From: an uncultured Thermotogae bacterium
Lineage (GTDB): Bacteria; Bipolaricaulota; Bipolaricaulia; M55B111
Reading direction: 5' to 3'
Length of the DNA stretch: 35,451 bases
NCBI GenBank assembly: GCA_964638365.1
Contig: CAZWZR010000001.1
Location: 1-35,451 of the forward strand
Shown: positions 1-7,037 of the stretch, one piece after another
How the letters are laid out: every line of letters starts with the position of its first letter
Numbering within the stretch: the first letter of the stretch is position 1
Notes under the pieces: model-generated
The model's input: the letters and a program-made list of their open reading frames with translations, nothing else
Told to the model about the DNA's origin: nothing
Databases searched by the model: none
Made by a program: the position numbers and the translations under genes

Positions 1-864
1 CTTGACTTCCTCCAGATCGACTCCACTCCTCTCTTCGGGATCCAAACTTCTCTTTGCTACGGGCCCGTCCTGCAGGGCGGGTACCTGTTCCTCGTAAGTC
101 GGTCTGTCTTCCCGGTAGATAACTCCAAGCGGGATTCGATCCCCCCATTCCTTAGCTTTCTCCTCGGCAGCCTCTCGATCGGTCGGGTCGTAGTCCTCGT
201 CCAGTTCGTAGACCAGGTCGTTATAGAAGTCATAGGATTTACCCGGGTTGAACGTTACACAGGGCTGGAGTACGTCTACCAGAGCGTAACCGTCGTGATC
301 CATGGCTGCAGCGAATATCTCGTTCATGGCCTGAACGTGTCCGGAAAACGCCCGGGCGATGAAAGTAGCACCACTGGTTAAGGCCGTGGGTACAGGTCTA
401 ACGGGCGGTTCAATCGACCCTTCCGGGCTGGTCTTGGTTACGAAACCTTTGTGGCTAGTTGGCGAGTACTGACCTTTCGTCAAGCCGTAAACTCTATTGT
501 CCTCGACGATATGGGTGATACCTATGTTCCGCCTGCAGGCATGCAGGAAGTGGTTGCCGCCAATCCCGTAACTATCACCGTCACCCGCCGTCACGACCAC
601 GTTCAGATCAGGATTGGCCAGTTGGGCCCCCGTGGCAACTGGAACGGGACGTCCATGGATGGAGTGGTACCCGTTGACGTTCATATAATGTGGGAGCTTG
701 CTTCCGCAACCAATGCCGCCGACAAGAAGGCTTTCGTGGGGGGGCAGCCCCAGATCCACCAGCGAGGCTTTGACGCTCCGCAGAATAGCAAAATCCCCAC
801 AGCCCGGACACCACGTAGGGTCCGTCGGATACTGGTAATCGTCTAAAGTAACTTCATCAGCCAT
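1..864 (-). CDS. 2-oxoacid:ferredoxin oxidoreductase, beta (TPP-binding) subunit; C-terminus runs off the window
   Basis: Absent from the ORF track because it has no in-window stop. Hand translation of the minus strand from ATG 864-862 gives MADEVTLDDYQYPTDPTWCPGCGDFAILRS...VVVTAGDGDSYGIGGNHFLHACRRNIGITHIVEDNRVYGLTKGQYSPTS... It stays open for 288 codons to base 1. The WCPGCGD and GDG...N TPP motifs are hallmarks of OFOR beta subunits. The start lies 1 nt after the alpha-subunit stop. Confidence 0.85.
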   Translation of the reverse strand, partial: MADEVTLDDYQYPTDPTWCPGCGDFAILRSVKASLVDLGLPPHESLLVGGIGCGSKLPHYMNVNGYHSIHGRPVPVATGAQLANPDLNVVVTAGDGDSYGIGGNHFLHACRRNIGITHIVEDNRVYGLTKGQYSPTSHKGFVTKTSPEGSIEPPVRPVPTALTSGATFIARAFSGHVQAMNEIFAAAMDHDGYALVDVLQPCVTFNPGKSYDFYNDLVYELDEDYDPTDREAAEEKAKEWGDRIPLGVIYREDRPTYEEQVPALQDGPVAKRSLDPEERSGVDLEEVK

Positions 865-865
865 A

Positions 866-2620
866 TTAATTGACCTCCTCGTATTCTTCTAGTTCCACCA
901 GGACGTCTTCCGGCGTAAACGGCCGGCCATCGAACTTCAGTATCTTATCGGGAAACTTAATCCCGGTTTCTTTAGTGATCAGATCAGCCAGTTGTCCGGA
1001 ATAATTGTTTTCCACGACGATAACCCTGCCGGCTTCATCTACAACCTCTTTCACTGATTCCCCGGGTAATGGATACAGGTCGTGCAGATGGTAGAAATTG
1101 GCCTGCTTACCGTTCTCATTCAAACGATCGACGGCTTCCCGAACGGCTCCGTACGTCGAACCCCAGCCAAGAAAGGTAACATCAGCTTCATCGGGGCCGT
1201 AAAGAACCGGACCCTGTATGTCTTCTTCCAGCACGGTATCCATTTTTCGGGTTCTCTTTTCCAGCATGCGGTTCCTTAATTCCGGATCCTCCGTTACGTC
1301 ACCCCGCTGGTCGTGCACGTTACCGGTAGTCTTGTAGATGGCATACTTGTTACCAGGGACGGCTCTTGCTGAAATCCCGGACTCGGTAAACTCGTGCCTC
1401 AAATAGTCCCCATCCATGTCTTCCAGGTCCTCTTCAGTCAGGAATTCCCCTCTGTCTATATCGACTTCCGTATCGAAGCGGTCCGGATCGACGGCTCTGA
1501 TCGAGTCCGCCAGGTGCTGGTCGCTCAGAATGACTACGGGCATCTGGTACTTCTCCGCCAGGTCAAAGGCTCGCTTGCCCGCCTGAAAGGCCTCTTCGAT
1601 CGTCGCCGGCGCCAGGATAATTCTGGACGATTCCCCCTGAGAGGCAGAAACTATTGAGGCCAGATCACCTTGCTCCGTCCTGGTCGGTAAACCCGTGCTC
1701 GGGCCAGGGCGCTGAACTTCCGCGATTACAAGCGGGGTCTCAGTCGTCCCGGCAAGCCCGAAGGCCTCCGTCATCAGGGAAAACCCGCCACCGGAAGTCG
1801 TGACGAGCGGCCTCGCCCCTACGTGTCCGGCGCCGATAGCGATATTTATAGCAGCGAGTTCGCTTTCCGGTTGTTTGATCACGATATCCGCTTCCTCGGC
1901 GTGCTTGGCCAGCCATTCCAGAATGGAGGTGGAGGGGGTCATCGGATAAGCTGAAACGAAATTGCAGCCCGCAGTCAGGGCTCCAAACCCGATCGCCTGA
2001 TTACCGTCAATAACCATCCGATCTGGCTGGTCAGCCCTCGCCGAAAGCTCGTAATCGAACTCGTAACCCTTCGACTCGACGTATTCCTTCCCCGCTTCAG
2101 CTACCTTCAGGTTGTTATCAACGACGTTACCACCCTTGGCACCGAAGTTCTCCTTGATTATCTCATTGACGTAGGAGATATCAAATTCAGTTAAACCTAC
2201 AATTGCTCCAATCGCCGCCGTGTTTGCCATTATCTTGGCTCCTCCTTCCTCCGTGGCTATCGACGTGATCGGAACCGGGAAGGGTTCAATGCCTCTTTCC
2301 ATTAATTTATCCTCGTCCAGGTCGAAGTCTTCATCGTATATTACTCCGCTACCCTGGGTCATCTCTTCGAGGTGTTGTTCAACCGACTCTTTGGTCAGTG
2401 CTATCAGCAGCTCTACTCCGCTGGAATGAGTATAGATTTCCTCTTCCGAAACCCTGATTTCAAAGAAGTTGTGGCCACCCCGAATCCGCGAGCGATAATC
2501 CTGTCTACCAAAAGGAAATAACCCCGCTCTAGCTAGGGACTGAACGAAACCCAGCCCGGTGGACTGAATCCCATTTCCGGCATCTCCACCGATGATTATT
2601 TTCATATCGTTCTTTACCAT
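866..2620 (-). CDS. 2-oxoacid:ferredoxin oxidoreductase, fused gamma-alpha subunit
   Basis: The N-terminus IIIGGDAGNGIQSTGLGF...RSRIRGGHNFFEIRVS is a POR gamma-type domain. It is followed by DGNQAIGFGALTAGCNFVSAYPMTPSTSILEWL, the alpha N-terminal domain. I prefer ATG at 2620 (MVKNDMKIIIGG), which has AGGAGG 6 nt upstream. The track start at 2641 is a TTG without an SD. Confidence 0.9.
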   Translation of the reverse strand: MVKNDMKIIIGGDAGNGIQSTGLGFVQSLARAGLFPFGRQDYRSRIRGGHNFFEIRVSEEEIYTHSSGVELLIALTKESVEQHLEEMTQGSGVIYDEDFDLDEDKLMERGIEPFPVPITSIATEEGGAKIMANTAAIGAIVGLTEFDISYVNEIIKENFGAKGGNVVDNNLKVAEAGKEYVESKGYEFDYELSARADQPDRMVIDGNQAIGFGALTAGCNFVSAYPMTPSTSILEWLAKHAEEADIVIKQPESELAAINIAIGAGHVGARPLVTTSGGGFSLMTEAFGLAGTTETPLVIAEVQRPGPSTGLPTRTEQGDLASIVSASQGESSRIILAPATIEEAFQAGKRAFDLAEKYQMPVVILSDQHLADSIRAVDPDRFDTEVDIDRGEFLTEEDLEDMDGDYLRHEFTESGISARAVPGNKYAIYKTTGNVHDQRGDVTEDPELRNRMLEKRTRKMDTVLEEDIQGPVLYGPDEADVTFLGWGSTYGAVREAVDRLNENGKQANFYHLHDLYPLPGESVKEVVDEAGRVIVVENNYSGQLADLITKETGIKFPDKILKFDGRPFTPEDVLVELEEYEEVN

Positions 2621-2671
2621 AGTAACCTCCTGAGCCTTCAAGAACCCAATATTTTACGAAAATTTCGCGAA

Positions 2672-2959
2672 CTAATTTTCCGATATACCGACTCTGGGAT
2701 TGTAAAAAGGCAACCCACAGGACTCACAATTAGAAGGCAACTCGCCGAAAGTACAGCGGGACCCAACCGAGTTGGTAAGCTTAAAGTGGTTACAGCTCGG
2801 GATCCCGTTAACCATTTTCGTTTCCTCCCCACTGACGGGACAACCTACCTCCTTTCCTTCAACTGTTTTGTCCTCAAGCCAGGAATTACAGCTGGGGCAG
2901 CGGACGAGTTTGACGTCTTTGTAGAAAAGCTCCCCGCATTCAGGGCATTTATATTTCAT
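2672..2959 (-). CDS. Cys-rich zinc-ribbon protein (95 aa), function unknown
   Basis: MKYKCPECGELFYKDVKLVRCPSCNS carries CPxC-x13-CPxC. Five further Cys follow, including CESCG. ATG at 2959 is preceded by GAGGTGAGGG. The 22-aa upstream extension in the track lacks an SD. Confidence 0.6.
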   Translation of the reverse strand: MKYKCPECGELFYKDVKLVRCPSCNSWLEDKTVEGKEVGCPVSGEETKMVNGIPSCNHFKLTNSVGSRCTFGELPSNCESCGLPFYNPRVGISEN

Positions 2960-2987
2960 AACCCTCACCTCATCGTTATTTTGAGGG

Positions 2988-3010
2988 CCCTTTGAATTCT
3001 TTTCAAAGGG
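2988..3010. promoter_or_regulatory. Perfect 9-bp inverted repeat CCCTTTGAA-N5-TTCAAAGGG upstream of the zinc-ribbon/OFOR genes
   Basis: Read directly from the sequence: arms at 2988-2996 and 3002-3010. On the minus strand it overlaps a TTGAAA -35-like hexamer, followed 17 nt later by CAAAAT. It is either an operator or a second stem-loop. Confidence 0.4.
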
Positions 3011-3016
3011 AAAGGT

Positions 3017-3056
3017 AAAAAACATGGCGGTATACCTTATTTACGGGTACACCGCC
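3017..3056 (-). terminator. Intrinsic terminator after the ferredoxin-SOR pair
   Basis: Minus-sense GGCGGUGUACC-cguaaauaa-GGUAUACCGCC forms an 11-bp stem with one G-U pair (3026-3036 / 3046-3056). It is followed by AUGUUUUUUACC, which is the A-run at 3017-3022 on plus. It sits 22 nt after the SOR stop. Confidence 0.65.
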
Positions 3057-3077
3057 AGCCAAAACCGAAAACTTGGG

Positions 3078-3461
3078 TTAAACTACTTCTATTTCCTTTT
3101 CGCTTTCCCAGAGACCGTGCAGGTTGCATTTGGCACGACCTCTCAGCGGATGAGCGTGGTCGAGCTTTACAGTAGTCTTCATCACGTAGTGGGAATTTTC
3201 CGGAGTCAGCTCCAGCCGGGAAAGGAAGGTATCCCCTGAATAGAGCTCCATCCATTCGATGAAATGACCGACCTCATTCGGGTGTTCCTTGTATTCACCG
3301 ACCTTCAGAGTTACCTCGAATTCTTCCCCTTCTTCTACCGTATCAGGTGCATCTATGATGACTGTATGCTTCTTTTCAAGTGCCGACATTTCATCTGGAT
3401 CTTTCGAATCAGCCTCGTTAACACCGCAAAATAGGTCTTCTTCACAGGATTGATCTGCCAT
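3078..3461 (-). CDS. Superoxide reductase (neelaredoxin / desulfoferrodoxin ferrous-iron domain)
   Basis: EKKHTVIID, EHPNEVGHFIEW and CNLHGLW supply the 4-His + Cys centre-II ligand pattern. AGGAGGT lies upstream of the ATG. Confidence 0.85.
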   Translation of the reverse strand: MADQSCEEDLFCGVNEADSKDPDEMSALEKKHTVIIDAPDTVEEGEEFEVTLKVGEYKEHPNEVGHFIEWMELYSGDTFLSRLELTPENSHYVMKTTVKLDHAHPLRGRAKCNLHGLWESEKEIEVV

Positions 3462-3508
3462 TTTTACCTCCTATATGGTTACTCGTTAATACAACCTCCA
3501 GTCAGGTG

Positions 3509-3763
3509 CTACGGGGCTAAAGTTTCCCCCGATTCCGCATCAATCAGCTCTATCGCCATCATCGGACAACCGTCCGCCGCCTGTTTCGCCGCTGACTTGT
3601 CTCCTTCCTCTATCTCGAGAACCGACAAGCCGTCTTCCTGAGAACCCTCGATAAGTTCAGCCTTACCGTCATCTCCTTCCTTGAAATGCCCGGGGTCGAC
3701 GGCCGTACAGACGAAATTACTCTGACATGCGTCCTTGTCGTACTTTAACTTGTATTTTGCCAT
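3509..3763 (-). CDS. Small mono-cluster ferredoxin
   Basis: An 84-aa acidic protein with DKDACQSNFVCTAVDP ... DGCPMMAI, the pattern of single [3Fe/4Fe-4S] ferredoxins. AGGAGGT SD is present. Confidence 0.7.
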   Translation of the reverse strand: MAKYKLKYDKDACQSNFVCTAVDPGHFKEGDDGKAELIEGSQEDGLSVLEIEEGDKSAAKQAADGCPMMAIELIDAESGETLAP

Positions 3764-3809
3764 TTTTACCTCCTAGTTTTGTAGAAAAAACGAATTCCAC
3801 TTGGATACG

Positions 3810-3838
3810 ATTATAGAGTAAATCAAATCAACTTTCAA
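3810..3838 (-). promoter_or_regulatory. Sigma-70-like promoter for ferredoxin-SOR: TTGAAA-N17-TATAAT
   Basis: On the minus strand, -35 TTGAAA is at 3838-3833 and -10 TATAAT at 3815-3810, with exactly 17 nt between them. It lies about 47 nt upstream of the ferredoxin ATG. Confidence 0.5.
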
Positions 3839-3890
3839 AACTCTCACCTACCAGCAACCTAACTCCTTGATGGTTCAGGGGGGCGGAAAG

Positions 3891-3919
3891 TTGTAACTGA
3901 CCCGCTGTACAAATATACT
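3891..3919 (+). promoter_or_regulatory. Sigma-70-like promoter for the flavodiiron gene: TTGTAA-N17-TATACT
   Basis: TTGTAA is at 3891-3896 and TATACT at 3914-3919, spaced 17 nt apart. An ATACC-N8-GGTAT inverted repeat follows immediately downstream (about 3923-3940). Confidence 0.45.
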
Positions 3920-3974
3920 TCAATACCGGCTTTTTGGTATACAAAACTAGGGCCCAGCAAAAGAGGTGACAGAG

Positions 3975-5159
3975 ATGGAGATGAAAGTTGCAGACGAGCT
4001 CTATTGGGTAGGAGTCAACGATAGAAAAAACGACCTGTTCGAAAACTACTGGCCGATCCCGGACGGCATGAGCTATAATTCATATTTGATCCAGGACGAA
4101 AAAACTGCTTTGATTGACGGAGTCAAAGAAGGCTTTACCGAAGAGTACCTGGGTAAACTAACCAGTAGAATTGATATCACCGACATCGATTACGTGGTAG
4201 TAAATCACATGGAACCGGATCATACCGGGGCGTATCCGGCTCTAAAAAGGTTGAACCCGGAGGTCACTTTTGTTGGAACGGAGAAAGCAAAAGACCTTCT
4301 TGAGGGTTTTTACGGAATTACTGAAGGAGTAAAGACGGTCGAGGACGGTAAAACCCTGAATTTAGGTGAAAGGACGCTTGAATTCGTGGAAACTCCGTTC
4401 GTTCACTGGCCGGAAACGATGATGACCTACCTCCAGGAGGAAAGGGTACTCTTCTCCGGTGACGGCTTCGGAGCCTACGGAACGCTGGACGGCGGAATTT
4501 TTGCCGACCAGGCAAGTATGGAGGCGTACGAGGACGAAGCACTGCGCTACCTGTCGAATATCGTCGGTGCTTACAGCACTACGCTTCAGGCAGCGATCAA
4601 GAAACTCAGCTCGTACGAGATAGAAGTGATTGCTCCCACACATGGTCCGATATGGAGAGAAAAGAAGGAAGAAATTTTTGATTTATACGACCGGTTCAGC
4701 AGCGGGGAAGCGGAACAGGGGGTCACCATTGTATACGGTTCTATGTATGGATTTACCGAAAAAGTCACCGAACAAGTTGCTCTCGGCGCTGGCAGCACCG
4801 GTCTCAAGAACCTGAAGGTACTGGACGCTGCAAAAAAACACCCCAGCTATCTCATATCTGAAGCCTGGAAGAGAGAGGGACTTATAATCGGCTCCCCGAC
4901 GTACGAGTCCAGGGCATTTCCACCGGTAAGTAACTTCCTTAAACTGGCGGAAAAGAAGAAAATGAAGGGAAAGGTCACCGGAGCTTACGGATCCTTTGGC
5001 TGGGGCGGAGGTTCCGCTCAAGAGATAGAGGAAACGGGCGAGTCACTTAACTGGGATTTCTTAACTTCACCGCTGGAATTTGGAGGTAATCCAACTGAAG
5101 AGGAGCTCGAAGAAGGTTTCGAACTCGGAATAAAAGTCGCGGAGGCCGTGAATTCATGA
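3975..5159 (+). CDS. Flavodiiron protein (class A; metallo-beta-lactamase-like + flavodoxin domains)
   Basis: YWVGVNDRKNDLFENYWPIPDGMSYNSYLI and VVNHMEPDHTGA give the di-iron site motif. The C-terminal TIVYGSMYGFTEK marks the flavodoxin fold. ATG at 3975 lies 6 nt after GAGGTG; the track start at 3966 is a GTG inside the SD. Confidence 0.9.
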   Translation: MEMKVADELYWVGVNDRKNDLFENYWPIPDGMSYNSYLIQDEKTALIDGVKEGFTEEYLGKLTSRIDITDIDYVVVNHMEPDHTGAYPALKRLNPEVTFVGTEKAKDLLEGFYGITEGVKTVEDGKTLNLGERTLEFVETPFVHWPETMMTYLQEERVLFSGDGFGAYGTLDGGIFADQASMEAYEDEALRYLSNIVGAYSTTLQAAIKKLSSYEIEVIAPTHGPIWREKKEEIFDLYDRFSSGEAEQGVTIVYGSMYGFTEKVTEQVALGAGSTGLKNLKVLDAAKKHPSYLISEAWKREGLIIGSPTYESRAFPPVSNFLKLAEKKKMKGKVTGAYGSFGWGGGSAQEIEETGESLNWDFLTSPLEFGGNPTEEELEEGFELGIKVAEAVNS

Positions 5160-5166
5160 AAATAGA

Positions 5167-5195
5167 AGGACCCCGGCACGACCGCACGGGGTCCT
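5167..5195. terminator. Stem-loop between convergent genes (FDP and the metY-PCD unit)
   Basis: AGGACCCCG (5167-5175) pairs with CGGGGTCCT (5187-5195), giving a 9-bp GC-rich stem and an 11-nt loop. On the minus sense it is followed by UUCUAUUUU. Confidence 0.6.
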
Positions 5196-5211
5196 CTAAC
5201 TTCGCTCACTT

Positions 5212-5547
5212 TTATTCCATCAGGTCATCTACCTTGGCGGCGAGGATGAAATCGTTCTCGTGTAATCCATCTATCGCATGGGTGTGAAGCTGCAGAGTTA
5301 CGACGTTATAAGATATCTTTATATCCGGGTGATGACCTTCTTCTTCCGCCAGTTCCGCTAATTTATTCACGAATTCCATTGATCCGTTAAAGTCGTCAAA
5401 TTTAAATTTCTTCTCTATCCTGGGCGGAGAGCCATCCAGCAGCTTCCACCCCTTTACCTCCGTCAGCAGCTCTTCTACTTCGTCACTCTCCAGCGGAGGA
5501 ACTCCACCTTCACAGGGTACGCATTTCTTGCTGGTTAAATCTGCCAT
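5212..5547 (-). CDS. Pterin-4-alpha-carbinolamine dehydratase (PCD/DCoH family)
   Basis: An 111-aa protein with CVPCEGG...L..WK...I.K.F.F.DF..A..F.N.VA..AE..GHHPD...Y..V...L.THA..GL...DF. The family signature GHHPD is present. Confidence 0.85.
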   Translation of the reverse strand: MADLTSKKCVPCEGGVPPLESDEVEELLTEVKGWKLLDGSPPRIEKKFKFDDFNGSMEFVNKLAELAEEEGHHPDIKISYNVVTLQLHTHAIDGLHENDFILAAKVDDLME

Positions 5548-5562
5548 AATTACCTCCAGTCA

Positions 5563-6870
5563 TTATGTTTCCGATAGCGCTTCACTTAAATCATTCTTGA
5601 TATCCGCTGGGTCTTCAATGCCGACACTAAGCCTCAGGGCGTCGTCGGTAATTCCGGCAGATTCCTTCTCCTCGGGATCCAGCTGCTGATGGGTGGTGCT
5701 GGAGGGATGAATAATCAGGGACTTGGCATCCCCCACGTTAGCCAGGAATGATATCATATCAACCGATTCCAATAACTGCTTTCCCGCCTCGTACCCTCCT
5801 GAGACGCCGAAACCAACCATACCCCCGAACCCGTTCTCCAGGTACTTAGAAGCGCGCTCGTAGCTTGAATGGGTGGACAATCCGGGGTAATTAACCCAGC
5901 TCACACCGGGATGTTCCTGAAGGAATTCGGCTACCTCCATGGCGTTTTCGCAGTGTTTATCCATCCGCAGCGGCAAGGTCTCAAGCCCTTTGAGGTTGAG
6001 AAAAGTATCGAAAGGGCTCTGAGCAGAACCGAGATCTCTCAGACCGCGAGCCCTTAGGTTGGCGATAAAAGCAGCATCACCGAACCGTTCGCGGAAGTTC
6101 ACGCCGTGATAACTGGGATCGGGTTCAGTCAGCTGAGAAAAGTCGCCGTTCTCCCATTCGAAGTCCCCGGAGTCGACAACGGCCCCTCCTATAGTAGTTC
6201 CCCCTCCATTCAGCCATTTAGTGGTCGAGTGCCAGACGATATCCGCTCCGTGCTCGAAAGGCCGAAACAGGTAAGGGGTAGCAAAGGTGTTATCCACCAC
6301 CAGCGGTACGTTCGCTTCATCGGCGACCTCGCTGATTCCTTCGAAATCCGGAAGGTCGAGGGAAGGATTACCGATCGTTTCCACGTGTAGAAACCGGGTC
6401 TTGTCGTCTATTTTATCGGCAAATCTCCCCGGGTCGTCTTCCTCGACCAGTTTAGCTTCCATCCCGTATCTCGGCATGCTATGGGTGAAGAAGGTATAAG
6501 TACCTCCATAGAGGTTGGAAGAGGAGACGACGTTCTCTCCGCTTTCCATCAGGGTAAATACGATTAAGTTCAGGGCACTCATTCCAGAACTCGTAACAAC
6601 CGAACCGACACCCTCCTCAAGGGCTGCTAGCCTCTCCTCGAAGACCGCGTTCGTCGGGTTGGATATCCTCGAGTAGATATCTCCTTCCTTCTCAAGAGCA
6701 AATAGCTTTTGAGCTTCTTCCACGTCCTCGAGGGAATAAGAGGCCGTTTGGTGGATTGGCGTAGCTGATGATCTAGACTTAGAGGCGCCGGTCTCGCTTC
6801 CGGCGTGGACAGCCAGGGTATTAAAACTTCTGTTCTCCTTCTCCTGTTCGGTCAAAGATATCTCCTCCAT
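5563..6870 (-). CDS. metY: O-acetylhomoserine/O-acetylserine sulfhydrylase (Cys/Met-metabolism PLP enzyme)
   Basis: FNTLAVHAG, SRISNPT and HSTTKWLNGGGTTIGG (PLP lysine) fit the family. I prefer ATG at 6870 (MEEISLTEQ...). The track start at 6966 is a TTG that adds 32 non-homologous residues. Confidence 0.85.
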   Translation of the reverse strand: MEEISLTEQEKENRSFNTLAVHAGSETGASKSRSSATPIHQTASYSLEDVEEAQKLFALEKEGDIYSRISNPTNAVFEERLAALEEGVGSVVTSSGMSALNLIVFTLMESGENVVSSSNLYGGTYTFFTHSMPRYGMEAKLVEEDDPGRFADKIDDKTRFLHVETIGNPSLDLPDFEGISEVADEANVPLVVDNTFATPYLFRPFEHGADIVWHSTTKWLNGGGTTIGGAVVDSGDFEWENGDFSQLTEPDPSYHGVNFRERFGDAAFIANLRARGLRDLGSAQSPFDTFLNLKGLETLPLRMDKHCENAMEVAEFLQEHPGVSWVNYPGLSTHSSYERASKYLENGFGGMVGFGVSGGYEAGKQLLESVDMISFLANVGDAKSLIIHPSSTTHQQLDPEEKESAGITDDALRLSVGIEDPADIKNDLSEALSET

Positions 6871-7037
6871 CTTTGATTTCCCGATTCCAGTCAGTAGCCG
6901 AAACTTAACTCCATTAGATTCTAAGGTATTGTAAAGAGAAACCGAATCGAAAATGAAAGGGGGCAATCCTATAAACAGTCCGAAAGACCCGATCCAGGAA
7001 AAGGTTTCGTTTCGGATTCGAACGATTACCCGGTATT

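Noticed and set aside
451-846. A 131-aa plus-strand ORF and a 68-aa minus-strand ORF, the only track entries in the first 865 nt.
   Set aside because: Another minus-strand frame, open to the window edge, encodes an unmistakable OFOR beta subunit (WCPGCGD and the GDGD TPP motif). The listed ORFs are overlapping shadows.
2960-3025. An N-terminal extension of the zinc-ribbon ORF (MFFTFPFEKNSKGPQNNDEVRV).
   Set aside because: A strong SD (GAGGTGAGGG) sits directly before the internal ATG at 2959. The extension would also run through the inverted repeat and the terminator region.
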